From the NCBI GenBank assembly GCA_964270895.1, contig OZ185452.1: a DNA stretch of 64,000 nt. The stretch is one strand, 5' to 3'. The translations under genes and the position numbers were made by a program. This document shows positions 13,331-26,662 of the stretch, piece by piece (the first letter of the stretch is position 1; every line of letters starts with the position of its first letter). The notes beneath the pieces were generated by a model. That model did no database searches, had not been told where the DNA came from, and saw only the letters and a program-made list of their open reading frames with translations. Source of the stretch: Podarcis filfolensis. Its lineage: Eukaryota.

Positions 13331-15045
13331 CAGCGAGGTCAACAGAGAAAGTGGTATTGACCTTAGACGTCGAGTCCCGGAGGAAGCGTAGCAATGGACT
13401 TCCGTTGGAAGGCGTTTGTCAATTTCATATAGAAAAGGCCCAGAAATATTTCATGTCGAAAAGGCCCAGGCAAGATTTCCTTGATAAAATACCACACACA
13501 CCCCTCCCACCAGCACCGCCAAAGTGTGAAGCACTTTTCCAGCAGAGGCCAATTACCGATCCATGCCCCCCCCCCCCATGATTTTTCATTTCTGCGCCCA
13601 AACAAAACAGTATGTATCTACAACTGAATATGCTGGTATATTGCGGGAGCGGGAGAGATCCCTCATGAAAACACTACATACTTCGCAGGTTTAAAAGAGC
13701 CAACGACTGGACCCATGTGAACTGAATAATGTGGAATTTCTTTTTTGCCCCCAAAGAAAAGGGGGTGGGGTAGAGAGATTTCCTCTGGTAAAATGAGAAA
13801 ATTTGAAGCTGTACAATTTGCTCTATAGCAAACCACGTAGAAAATGGCCATTACTTGATGCTGACGACGACGACAAGGCCTTGTCTTTACTTTTAGGGGA
13901 AATTATATAATTTTAATAATGTTAAAATTATATAATGCTATAATAATGTTCTCGTTTATTAAATGCACCTCCGGCTTTGGTCTTTGTTCGTGTTTTTGTT
14001 TTTTGTTTTTTTAAAAAAAGGCCATCTCCTAAAGATCAGTATGAAATAACGAAGGAAGGAAATTCCAGCAAATCAAAAATCAATTTCTCATACCAATACC
14101 CTAATATATGTATTTTACTTGGAATATATTTCCTTGGTGCTTGCTTCCAGGTAACCGGGAATGAAATGGAAGACTCGGTGCAAGTTAGCCTCTACAAAAA
14201 TCTCTACTCCAAAGCAAGCCCCACTAAATTCAATAGAACTTACTCCCAGCTAAGCATGTATCTAGAATTGCAGTCCAGATCCCACTTACTTACTTAGAAG
14301 TAAACCTAACTGAAACACAAAGCGACTTGTCTTCTAATGAATCAGTGACTAGAACCTATAGGCCCCTAACTTTTCATTGCTGCTTTTCCCTCCTCAGTTA
14401 AATCTTTAGTACATTTTCTAAGAAATGTCCACCGAAATCAAAAGGGTTTGCAGCTGCCTTTTAAAAATACAGCCGCTTGAAGAAGAAAAATAATTGAAAT
14501 GTACGGGAAATATTTCCTGTTTGTTCAAGTTGGGATGCTAGTACAACTCCAGGGAACAGAGCATTCTAGTTTTAAAGAAATAAAGGAAAAAATATAATAT
14601 GTTGAATCTAGTTTCCAGATTACTACAGCATATACTGGATATTTAAAATAATCCAGCTGCCCTGTTTCCCCGCGCCTACATCTTTAACAAAACAAAGCCC
14701 GCGAATTGTAAAGAAACCAGACCGAGCGTTTTGTGTTTGTTTTTAATTAATAAAAAAAATTAATATATCAGCTCCTTTCATCGGCATTTAAGAAAATTTC
14801 TTTAAAAGAGAATTTACTCTCAGTGTGAAAATAGCTTTAAATTAGCGGGGGATTTATAGGAAAAACAACAACACCATCCAGTTTAAAACCGCTGAACCTA
14901 GGAAGGCTGTTTTGGCAGTTAAAGTCATGGAAGTCTATGGGGTTTATTTCCGAATAAGCAACGGTAAAATGGGACTGTATGAATCATTACAAGGGATGTG
15001 CTCGCGCCCCAGCTATAGACATACAGAGGCGCTGCTCTACCTCAC

Positions 15046-15400
15046 CTCGGAAACGCTAGAGTTCCAAGTGGGGTTAGCGAGAGGCAAGTGATTCAGAGGT
15101 AGAAAGCAAGGTGGTGATCGGGCTGAATTCACTGAACTGCTGGCCTGAGGCTAGATTAGAGGAAGGGTCCTCAGAGATTTCTAGACTCAGAGAGGAGGGT
15201 GCCAAATGACTCAAGATCACTGCCTGTTCATTTTCTGTAATTTCCCCAAAAATCCCCCCTCCAGCTCCGGGCATTGGGAGAGACGAACGTGGCAAAGTAT
15301 CAGGCGTGTGTGAACAAAACAAGCGCCCGAGGAACGCCTCTCCTAACCTTAAATCGCTCTCGGAATCGGCACAGAAGGTTTTCTCGTGGAAGAGTTGGGC
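15046..15400 (-). other. Candidate alternative TBX5 first exon (speculative)
   Basis: Strong donor GAG|GTGAGG at 15045 at the edge of a CpG island in intron 1. No transcript evidence. Confidence 0.25.
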
Positions 15401-15653
15401 CAAGGAGGCTGGCGGTGCGGGGGGGCGGGCGGGCGGGTAGAGAGAGACTCGGAGACTCGAGGGGGGGGGATATATGAATGAGACCCTCTTGCTTCTCCCT
15501 CCGAGAGTTGCAGAGAGGCAATCCGCCTTGACAGAACCAGGCCGCGGCTGGATGAAAAATGCAGCCAGCCAGCTCGAGCCGAGCAGGGAACCGCAACTGC
15601 TCGGCCAGGCGCTTCGGGGAAGGAATGAAATGGAAAGGAGTGGGGGTGCACCG

Positions 15654-15655
<2 letters not shown>

Positions 15656-15704
<49 letters not shown>
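15656..15704. repeat. (CA)n microsatellite
   Basis: Direct reading. Confidence 0.97.
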
Positions 15705-15706
<2 letters not shown>

Positions 15707-18700
15707 AAGGTGCCTGTAAACTGGATCGCCATCCCCTCTGCAAGATCGAGGGACTAACTGGAAGATCTCTCCCCCTCAAAGCAAAACACCATCTCCTAGC
15801 TGTCTTGCTGGGGCCTTGTTTTCTGGCTCGCTTCTCTCTCCCTCCCTCCCTCTCTCTCTCAGTGTGTGCGTGTGTGTATGTCACCCACACACCGAGAGGT
15901 CCGAATCTCCTCTCTGAGCCTCGGGCGCCCCCACCCCCCACGATCGTGCATTCGGAGCGCGAGAACAGCCCTCGTTACCTTCTAGCTTTGCCCGGATCCG
16001 GGCAGTCACCGCATCTCACTCACAAAGCCCTCAGCCTGGACGCAGCATTGCCGCCGCCGCCGCCGCCACCACTGCCATCTCCTTGCTGTATTCTCGCCGC
16101 TCCAAATGCAATAAAAACCGAGCCTTTCCTCAAGACAGCATCAATGAAATGATGTGAAGGGCGAGAGAGGACGAGGGGGGGAGGAAAGGCCCCTTCCCCT
16201 ACTTCTCCCCCTCCCCTCAAAGAAAGAAAACCCGTCCAGTCCCTTCTCTGTCTCCCGGACACAACTGCTGGTAGCGCGCAGAGGAGCGAGTCCCTCCAGG
16301 CGATGCCTTCAGGAATGAGAAGGGTCCTCGCCTTCTCCACGCAGCCGAGAACCGCGTCCTCTCCCTGGACGCTTACAGATTCCCGGAAAGAGAGCTGCGA
16401 GGGAAAAGTTCGGGGTAGGAGCGATGGCGGAGGAAGCCCCTAAAGAGCAGGTTCGCTTCTTTAAGGCCGCGGAAGAGCGAGCTCGGCTGAGGAAGACGGA
16501 GCCCTGCGCGTCTCCAACCAAGTGCGTTGAGGCGAAGGGAGCGCAGCGTCTCGAGCGAGCGCCCAGCTCGCTCTGGCCAACCAGCTGCGCTGGTGCAACG
16601 GAAGGCTGGCGCTCTCTCGCTCTCCCCCCCCCCTTCTCCTATCCTATCCTACCCTCTCCCTTCTTCCTCTCCTTTTTTCCCAGCCTGATTTTCCCTCCCA
16701 GGCCACAGGAAAAAAAAATCTCACAAAGACAGTCGGAGGGATCTCTCTGGATTCCCTCCCCACTTTGCCTCCTCCCCCCTCCTTCCTCTCCCCTCCCTCC
16801 TTTCTATCCATCTTTCTTAAGCAGAAAGAAAAATTCAAAGCTTCAGAAATCCCCTTTCTCTCTTTCCTCCCCCTTGAAAAGAAAAGAAAAGCCGTTGGCT
16901 TTTTTTAAAAAAAGAAACAAAAACCCACACCTAATACAAACCATTCCCCTTCGGCTTCCAGTCTCCAAACCAGCCTGACTTCTCTCCTGCATTATATCTA
17001 AGGAAATCATTTCTTAAAACAAAAACAAAAACGCATCTGTTCAAAGGGAAGCGGTGCTGTCTTTGTAAACCAAATCACACGACGGTAGTTTTCGGGTTGT
17101 TCTTATAGGGAGAGAAATAAGACCACTGTCATGTTGTACTGTATGAGCGATCTCCCAGGTTATTTGAGGATCTGCTCCTCCATATGTATTTTGCGATGGG
17201 TCCTACCACCGTGTAAATAAATACATCTGATCTGATTGTCACCTCCTTGTTACTAACAATGATTATTTTTACTGCATAGGTTTATTTTTTTTAAGGACCT
17301 TCACCTCCCTACGAATAATCTCACCCTCTTTTTCTAAAGAAATAAAGAATGTATAGGACACACACACACACACACACGACACACACAGAGAGAGACTATA
17401 TACATATACAAGCTCCAAGAACCGGCTTTACTAAAAATAATCAACACGTCAAGAGAGCTGAGGATGCGGTTTTTTGTAATCTGTCTTTCTCTTCTCTGTA
17501 TCTTAACTTTCTTTTCTTTTTCTTTCAAATGTATTATTTTTGAGGGTAAAGTTGAATAGGTCAAAGCGAGAATAAACAGCCTCCCTGACTCTTTCTGGAA
17601 TCTGAAGAGTACCAGGTTGATAATAGCCACGTGTGGTCATTTTTTATTACTATTTTTTTTAAAAGAGTTTGGTATAAAGGATCATTATTTAGCACTCTTT
17701 GAGCTCTGCCTCCGCTTTCTTGCATGATTCCATGTCGTTCTCTGAAATGGAATTTGGAGGATACCGAGAGCTTCAGCGCCTCTCCAACTCAAAGAGTGCC
17801 CCATTTGCAGACCGCTGGACTTTCTCTCCCCCGATAAATTGGGGATTAGGTTGCCACGCACCTAGGAAGAAGTCAACTTCATGGAACAAAGTGGAGCTTC
17901 CTGCCGAGTAAACATTACAGGGTTGCACGATTAGGCAAGGCGAGCGAAAGGCCCGTTGGAGTCAGTGGGGTTTACTTCTGAGGAGGCAGGCATAGGATTG
18001 CGCTGTAAGCCTCGTTGCAATTCAAACACTGATCCCCCAACATTCGCGCTGGGAAGTTCATCTCGTCCAATAAGGCGCGATCTGCTTGGATCGCTTTTCG
18101 AGCTGGAGGTAAAAGCGGGGGCTGGGGGGGGCCTGAAAGTGGAGATCAGTCAAGCCTCGAGGGGCGAGGAATTCTGTGGAGTTTGCTAGCACCCGATTGC
18201 AAATCTTTCCCATTCGTAATCCCTTGGAAAAGCAACGTGGACTGCAGGATACTGCACCCACATAACGCCTTGCAAAATAAAAACCCTGAGCATGAGAGTA
18301 AGGCATGTAATATACACACTTCTTGTTTTTATTCTGCGGGCACATAAACAGAGACTTTGCCATGCGTTTCTCAGCTCACCTTCTAATATGTTATACGTGA
18401 ACCACATGGATTAACATTCATTATGTTGCAAAGTGTGCGTATACGTTCGTGTATCATGCATTATAGATTGGTATCGTTATAGACTAGTACCCTTGATAAT
18501 AGAGTTTGTGCTTTTAATACTCACGTTTTGCGTATATATGTATACAAAAATGATTGTATATTTATTGTATGTGTGTGTATACAATCCACAACTCCACCTT
18601 AATATTGTGTTGGTTTGTATAACACACAAGAACAGCAACAACAACATAGAAAGAGAATCCTAAACTGGTATATGTATCGCACATTTTAAAAACCGCCCGA

Positions 18701-18937
18701 ACATTTGGCCCAACCCCAGGCAACGTTTCCTCCGGGATAAATTCCATGGATTCTATGTAGACTATATTTTAATTACATCCGGGTGAAAATCAGTGGGATT
18801 TTATTTCTCCGCTCGCTGCAGAATTACTCTGGAGGAATGCATTTTCGCCTATCGAGTTAGAGCTTGATGCAGAAACTAAATCAGCCTCCAACTTTCTTTC
18901 CTCTCTGTTCATGAAAAATATCCGGAGAGATATATGA

Positions 18938-19010
18938 ATAGATGATAGATAGATAGATGATAGATAGATAGATGATAGATAGATAGATATAGATAGATAG
19001 AGAGAGAGAT
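18938..19010. repeat. (GATA)n tetranucleotide repeat
   Basis: Direct reading. Confidence 0.95.
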
Positions 19011-19783
19011 ATTACCGATTACTGCATTGTTTCCACAGCACATTTTCAATATACAAAATGCCTTGGATTTTTATTATGTCGGTGTGCGGGTGTGCGTTTG
19101 TATGCGCGCCTGTGTTTCAAACCTCCTTCAGTTTTGAAAGAGGAGGCTCTTTCTGAGATTTGTTTATATCTTCCAAACTTTCACCAAACCCTACAAATCT
19201 TGCAGATAGCCCCGCAGCTGGAAAAATAACAAACCACGGGCGATTGTGTGCACGAAGTTCCACAAAGAACAGAGGCCAGCAGCTGTTGTTCAACAAGGAC
19301 AACCCAAATCACAGCCCAAACAGAGAACGTGTATTATGGGTATAGAGGAGCACACGCACGCACACTCAGTAAAATACCACGAGTTGAAACGCGTAGGCAC
19401 ACGGCCTGCCTTCCTGAGCTCTGTTCGGCCCGGCTGAAACCTAATTCAAGTCCAAAGGCTGCTTCCAGAGACTCCAGCTATGAGCTCCTTTCTCAAAACT
19501 AGACTCTATGCAACACATCTATAAGCACGACCATCTTTAAAATCAATAAACAATATCTATATATGTATATATTTAAAATCGATAGGCACGATCGAGGCGC
19601 TGAGAAGGATATTTCGGGGCATCTATACCGACAGGGAGGAAAAACCACGTGCTTAAATCTCGCCCCCACTGCAATCCATGGGAATCCAAGGCGTCACAAT
19701 TCGGACCGGATTCGGACCGTTCATTTGGCACGGGTCAGTCCCATCATCAACCACGGGACATTCTGAAAATAGTAACAATCCGA

Positions 19784-19786
<3 letters not shown>

Positions 19787-19832
<46 letters not shown>

Positions 19833-19852
19833 TCACACACACACACACGCAC
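19787..19852. repeat. Compound (CT)n(CA)n microsatellite
   Basis: Direct reading. Confidence 0.95.
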
Positions 19853-19922
19853 ACCAAAATTCACCATTGCTGCATAGAAGAGACCGATCCCCCCAAACTC
19901 TGCTAAAAGGACCAACTCTCAC

Positions 19923-20270
19923 CTTATGAAACCCAAACCAGCTATGCAAGGGCTCCGAAGCAGCGCTGAAGACGCCGCAGACGACCACGACGATTTCTCT
20001 CCCTGCTGCTCCAGGTTCAAACAAGACCAAAAAGATTCGTGGGGAATCTCCTGCGGAGGTAGCGCCCTTCCAGGATCTTGTCAAGGCGAGAGACAGGCTT
20101 GCCCAGCCTCGCGAGCGATTTGTGGCCTCTGACAAATTAAATATTACTGTTTATTACCAGCCATACTCCAATAAAATAAAGCGGGTTCGAGGCGATCGCT
20201 CCTATCTCACCAGCGCCTGCACCTATAGGACACGGAGACGTCACCGCGCACGCAACCGGCCCCTTTGTCA
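19923..20270 (-). other. TBX5: Probable TBX5 non-coding first exon (5' boundary approximate)
   Basis: The minus-strand block gccggttgcg..tgacgtctcc..tcctataggtgcag..tggtgagatag..ctggtaataaacagtaatatttaatttgtc closely resembles the human TBX5 5' UTR as I recall it. Strong donor AAG|GTGAGA at 19922. CpG-rich. Confidence 0.6.
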
Positions 20271-20300
20271 TGCTTGAGCGCAGCAGTAATGGAAGGTTAA
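20120..20300 (-). promoter_or_regulatory. TBX5: Probable TBX5 core promoter / conserved 5' element
   Basis: CRE-like TGACGTCT (20236-20243), palindromic CCTATAGG and a GATA site AGATAG within a CpG island. Similarity to the human region is from memory. Confidence 0.55.
20144..20164 (-). other. Upstream ORF MAGNKQ* in the putative TBX5 leader
   Basis: ATG GCT GGT AAT AAA CAG TAA, with A at -3 and G at +4. It is the only ATG between 20164 and the main start in the predicted spliced leader. Confidence 0.5.
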
Positions 20301-20659
20301 TTTGTGTTCTTCTGCTTTAAATCCCCATCAGTCAGTTTCCCCCTCTTCTTCTTCTTCGTCTTCTGGAATTTTTTTTCCTGGGGGGGGGGTGCTAGTTGCA
20401 ATTGGGAGGAATGTAGCCCTTTTCGAAGGAGGAGGGGGCGTGCTAAGCGGGCAGAAAAGGTGGGGGGAGATATGGAGGTCTGAAAACCCAGATTCTCGTG
20501 GACTAGATGGAGGGCCAACTGGCCGTATAGCTAGACCGCACTTGTGGTGGAATTAAACCGCATGTGTGTCTGCATGGCTTGTCCTGTTTTTATATATTGC
20601 AGGGAGCGTAAAGAGCTGCATCTTGCAAAGGCGATATGGGCAGATCCGATCTCAGGAGC

Positions 20660-20662
<3 letters not shown>

Positions 20663-20724
<62 letters not shown>
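20663..20724. repeat. Compound (CT)n(CA)n microsatellite
   Basis: Direct reading. Confidence 0.95.
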
Positions 20725-20728
<4 letters not shown>

Positions 20729-23700
20729 CGATTTGGGTAGATCTGACATCGCAGGCACTCTGATCTCTCCGGGGGTGGGGAGCAAGAATACTGACCTTAT
20801 AGCCTCCTTTCTTTCCTGGTACCCAGTCCCCAAATTTACTGTCAATGGAGACTGGGGAATATTTTTGTTTCGTTTTGCTTTTTTTATCATCTACATTTTT
20901 GTAACCCCTCTCTTCCAGATATTTCGCAAGCTGGCCTTGGCAATCGTTCGCCCTTTGCCAGCACAGCTTGCTAGAAATGCGATGCCTTCCCCAGCAGGAA
21001 TTGAGACTGGGGGCGGGGGCGCTGGGGAGAGGCAAGAAATGGTTGCTGGGGACTAAAATAAAATACGAGATGAACCCAGGTCCACCGGGAAGACTGGAAG
21101 ATTCCGCTTCAGGATCTAGCTAGGAGGTAAGAGCGGGGTAGGGTGGGAAGAAGTCCCTTCCTTAGTCCCGGACCCCAAGTCGGACCCTTGAGGGATCCCC
21201 ATTTCCAGACCGGCTTTGAGGTGCTGATGTCCTCTGTTGGCCGGCTGGATTCAGTCAGAGGCTTCCGGCTGAGGATTTGAGACAAGGCCCATCAGAGGGG
21301 CTTGAGTACCAGTCTGCTAGGGGTGGGGAGTTGGGGGGAAGCGGCAGGCGGAGGGAGTGAAGCACCTCAGAGTTGCAGATGGGCATCAGGTGAAGACCAA
21401 CCCACCCCCCGAAACGAAACGGCCGCAAGGAGCGACTGAGAGCAATCCGTTTCCTCTCTGCGTGTCCTCGCTTCAAAGGATGCTTGTCTTCCTATTCCAT
21501 CCCGTTGATAATTGACTCATAAAGATGTGGGGTGGGTGGGTGTTTTAAAAAAGAAATATTCCTGCGGGCCCTTTAAAAATTGAAGGCCTGGGTAACTCTC
21601 AGAACAAAGTCATCCCAGTAATTAGGGACCGGTCCCCTCCTCTTGCATATTTGATAGGCCAACCTTTATATTCTAGGCTGACGATTTGTTTGTGTTTGTG
21701 TGTTTCTTTGCTCCTTTTAATGGACCTAGATCGTGTCCAACGTTTCGCCCTCCTGATTCCAAAGAGAACCGCCCCAGTTTCTTATGGTTGAAAATAAAGA
21801 AAATGTTTTACTGCTTTCCATGTTGCAAAGCACTGAACCGAGAGGGTCCTCTGCGTCCATTTGGTAAAGTAGGCAGAATATCACGCCGAGGGGTGCTTTA
21901 ATAGAAATCTAATATAAGTGAGTTTTGATTAAATTGCCATATTTGCCCAGGCAAATATCCGTAGAACTGTGGCCGGGACACAAACAGAACTAAGCCTCGA
22001 TGAGCTCTGTGAGGCTTGCTTCTGAGGAATTCTCCCGAAACAAGGGAATTTCTTATTGCAACCCTCGAAAGCATTTAAAGCAAACCTACACTAGATAATA
22101 TATGTGGATGACTGGTCTCCTAGCTAAACAGCTCAATAAGCACTCAGCTCGATCCTAAACATACTGGCTCAGAAGTCCCTTTGAGTTCAGCGGTACATAA
22201 ACTATAGGATGCGCACAGCCCGAAGGGATTTAGTAAAAAAACAAACAAAAAAAACACCTTGGACTTCTCATTACCTTGCGACTGGTTGTTCCTAATCAAG
22301 GCAATAATTATCTTTTAAAAAAATTTAAACCTAAGCACACACCTGGCAGAAAGCCCTATAGGACACAACAGAATTAACTTCTGCAAAAATGTGTGTAATT
22401 TATTACGCTGTAAGTTCGGGCTTCTCTCCCACACAATGGACCAACATAGCTTCCTGCAGTGATTGTACGTCTGTATTGCTTCCCCCCAATCGATATCTAT
22501 TTGGGGCGAAGGGAGCGGGGAATTACATTTAAGAAATGCTTTTACGGTGGCGCGCGTGTGTGTGAAAGAGAAATAAAACTGTATTTAAAAGGTGAACTTT
22601 TGTCCTGATAAATGAGTTTTCATTTGGAGTGCAGGTTATTTAATTATTTCAGATAAATATATACTGGGGTTGTGGGGGGGGTTGTGGGGGAGACAAAAAT
22701 AGACAGCCCGAATCAGTTTACAGCAATGTTAAAACAAAACACTGCTTTTAAAAAAAGAAGTTACCCACAGGGCAGAGGTTAGCCTTAAAACTAAAGAACT
22801 GAAGGTATTGATAATAACATAAATCGCGAGGAAAGCATGCAGAATTTCTCCCCCTTGCCTCACCAGAGGACAAATTCTGTGGCAGAAGCCGCTGTCCCAG
22901 GAAACACCGAAGGAGGAACAAGCAGATGGTTCGTTTCCTCTTCCTAGTAATTTTCTGGTTTCTTTCAGTGCCCCCCGCCCCCTCTAATTTTCCTCTGCTC
23001 TCCGCCGCTGCAGCAGTTGACGATCTTGCAAAGTTGCAATCCGAAGCATATCCTCTCTCCTCGAAATCGGTTGGGCTTACTTCTTCCGAGGTGTGGGGGG
23101 GGCACAAGGCGACAGATTCGACAGCTGGAATTGCTCTCGTGGAGGGGGGAGTCCTTCGCCAGGCGAGCTGGCTCTTAAGGGGTTGCAGGATTGCTCCCGA
23201 TCCTTGACACCAGGCGACTTGGATGGATTCCTTCCTATTTCGATGGATGAATGGGCAAAAGGGCAGCGCAGCCCGACCTCAGTTCTTCGGTGCAGTCCGC
23301 ATGACGACTCCAGCATCAGGCTTGCTGACCCCTCTCTCCGCCTGCCCAGTGGCCTGATTGCTGGGGAACGAAATCGGCGGAACTGAACATCTGAGAAATT
23401 GCCATGAGAACCGTATCTGTGCAACTGGGTTGAGGATCCCACCCATACAGTTTTGACTACATAAAAATGGGGGGGGGGGAGTGACATCAAGAGGAAGAGA
23501 GCCACATCTGTTAAAATGGGGCCATTTAACCGCAGAACCCTAGTAGTTATTTCTCAAAAGTCAGGCCCACTGGGGATTGTTCCCTAGTCAGTGTGCCCTC
23601 AGTATATTGCCGGTTTTCTTCCTTCACTTTGCATCCTAGAGCTTTGTCGCTGAACCTGAAAGTTTCAGAATCTTCCAAATTTTTTTTTAAAGGGGAAAAA

Positions 23701-26436
23701 AAGAAAACACCTTATGTTTTGGCAATGAATCTTCTTTTACTGTACAGGAGGCTTGGATCCAGAATCCTCATTGCTGCGAACAGTTCCATTAATTTTCACC
23801 GCAGCTGACAAATGTGGCCTTATTGTTCTCCACCCCTTCCTGCAGATTCAGGTACCTGCCCAGACTGAGAAACCCTCATCACATCGTACTATAGTAAATA
23901 GGAAAGCGGCGAAGGCTTCATTAATTCTACCGAACAGCTAGAGAAAACTCAGTTGGTAACACAGGTTTATCTCTCTTTGGGGGGGGGGGTGAATAAATCT
24001 GCATTTGTTAAAAGTACAAAGCTGTTAAAAGGAAAGTGAATATATGGCGGCGGGGAGAGAGAAAATACCTCTCAGCGGTTCACTTCCTCTTACTCTGCCT
24101 GGAACCCACAAAAAAAGTCTGCAGAAGCGCTAATTCTCAATGGGCAGCATTTACAAAAACGCTTAATACATACACACATCACACACAGGAAAATAATGTA
24201 CTCGAAATTTAAGGGGAAATAATTATCATGGATTGCAATATGCCCCCAAAGCTCAGAAAGAATATTAATATTCTCAATTAATTATTATGGACTAACCATA
24301 TTTATTATTAAGAATGTAATAATAATATTTGCCCTTCTAGGATTCCCTGAGCTGAATGAGACTTTTAACACTGCTCAGAAACTATTGCGGACTGCACCTA
24401 ATAGCGTTCCTGCAGCTTGAGTTAAGTAGCACCCAGTTAGTTCAATGGGGCTTTGCTTTCAGATGAAAAGGGCGTTGCCGTCTTGGTTGGAAATCAGTTC
24501 CATTCAAACCAGCGGGATTTACTTCTTGGTCACGGAATCAAAGGGGGGAGCCCTTCTCTTTCGTTCTGCATTTCGATTTATATTTATCCCCGTATCGCCG
24601 TGAAGTTTTCTGTATATGCTATGCAAGCCGGAGGCGACATCTGAGAACCCGAAGGAGTTTCAGCAGGCGAGTGGTGGACCCGATCCAGCTGAAAGCAGGC
24701 CCGCTTAGAAGCGAGACCCAACACTCACTCAACATGGAGCAAAACTCACCCAACTGCCCTGAGATATCCGCGCAAAGTAAGACTCTTCAGGGTAACCCTC
24801 CGCCGTTCTGGTGAAGCCAACGGGGCCGGACTAAGTCATCTTGTTCCATTGATATCGATGGGACGTCCGGCCTGATCCCAAAGGGTCTCTTCGAGTCGAA
24901 AGCTCCGTTATTGAAGGGGCTTTTACTTCCCAATGAAATGACTTAGACACAGGCCTGATTTTAGCTGCGTCGGGGCCATCGCTTTCCCCAGGAGTCGGTG
25001 CTGTTGGTAGGTCGGCCCTGGGTTCACATTAAAAACTGGGGACTGGGGTTTGACTGCAGTCGCTATTTTATTCCCCACCCCCCACCCGCCAAACACACCA
25101 CACAAATAAATAAACACCGAAACTGTTTGACGTCAGACGCTGCTTTGAAGGAAATGAGAATTTATTCTCCTCACCTCCCTCACCTCTAACCCTAACACCC
25201 CCCAAAAAATACCCCACCCCACTGGTTTTGAACTGGATTGCTGTGGGACTCAAGAACCGGGCGGTAGGTGTACCCGGCCTCTAATTTCTAAAGTCACAAA
25301 CAGGTGGACACATTTTTTTTAAAAAAAAGGTTATTTATTTTTAAACAGCTAGTTCAGGTGCTTTTTTATTTTTCTTAGATGAAAACCCCATTTAATATCC
25401 ACACACCCCCTTTCTCTTGCAGTCCATTAATCTCCCCCTCCACCTCAGGGTTGCACGAAATTGAAAGGCAAACAGCGCGGCCTTAATAGCGCCTGCGTTT
25501 AGAAAGAGCATATTGTATTTAGGCGGAGTAGAAACAACTTAGTTCTCTTGAAGAAGTTGCTGAGCGCCCTCTCCCCCAGGCATAAAGGCAAAAGGACGAT
25601 TGCTATTTTCTGTTGTCTCTTCCCCACCTCCTCTGCGGCGCTCGTCTAGGACGAACTGAAAAGAAGCTCCCTCGCTCTGCAGGTCTCCAGTGTTGCACAG
25701 CCCCTGCAAAGTTCCCCATGGGCCGTAGTGGCAGAGCATCTAGAAGGTCGTTGGTTCGATCCCCGCCATGTCTAGACGAGGGAGGGAATATCTCTTGAAA
25801 GCCCTGCAGAGCCGCTGCCGGTCAGGGCCAATGATAGTGAACTAGATGAGCCAAGGGTGAAGAGAGGTAGCTAGTTAACTAGGGCGTCCGCTTGGCATGC
25901 TGAAGGTTCAATCCTTCGAAGAACCTCTGCCTGTCCGTGAAGATGGAGCAAAGGTCTGAGTCCGCTCAAGCCAGTTTCCTATGTTCTGCTGTTTAAAGAA
26001 CAGAGCAAACTCTAATACTTTCATACTAGGAAAACAGAACAAAGAGGTTTTTTAAAAACCAAAACCCACCCTGCAGGGGTGAGGGGGGGTTTTGCGGGGG
26101 GAGAAGCAACTTCTACTTGTAGGTAGACAGCTAGCACCTCAGGGTTCAACCTAGGCCGAATACTAATCTTCCATTTTCACGGAGTGTTTTTGGTTTGGTT
26201 TTTGACCACGACCACACAACCTCCAGTGACTCAATCCGGAGAAAAGTTGTGTCCTTAAAATGTGGGATTTTGGTCAGTTCTACCCTTTCCCAAGGGAAGA
26301 AGCAAAGCAAGCGGACGTTCCAATGGCCGTGTCAGATGATGAACTTTCTCGAGTGTCACCGAGCTCTTCCTCGCTACCCCTTCTTGGCCTCCAAAACCTG
26401 CTCTCCTCCCACACGGCGAGAAAATCTGCATCGTTA

Positions 26437-26662
26437 CAGTGGTACCTCGGGTTAAGTACTTAATTCGTTCTGGAGGTCTCTTCTTTACCTGAAACTGTTC
26501 TTAACCTGAAGCATCACTTTAGCTAATGGGGCCTCCTGCTGCCGCTGCGTCGCCGGAGCACGATTTCTGTTCTCATCCTGAAGCAAAGTTCTTAACCCGA
26601 GGTATTATTTCTGGGTTAGCGGAGTCTGTAACCTGAAGCGTATGTAACCTGAGGTACCACTG
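26437..26662. mobile_element. Tc1/mariner (Tigger-like) MITE
   Basis: TIRs cagtggtacctc / gaggtaccactg with TA target duplication. Confidence 0.92.

Larger units (their letters stand above)
14990..16650. promoter_or_regulatory. CpG island in TBX5 intron 1
   Basis: Dense CpG and GC-box tracts, with a (GCC)n run near 16050-16070. Confidence 0.6.

Noticed and set aside
12816-13360. Overlapping His/Cys/Tyr-rich ORFs
   Set aside because: Produced by low-complexity alternating RY sequence.
15074-16152. 209-aa and 197-aa ORFs in intron 1
   Set aside because: Open frames through GC-rich sequence and a (CA)n repeat (CVCV/HTHT runs); no domain.
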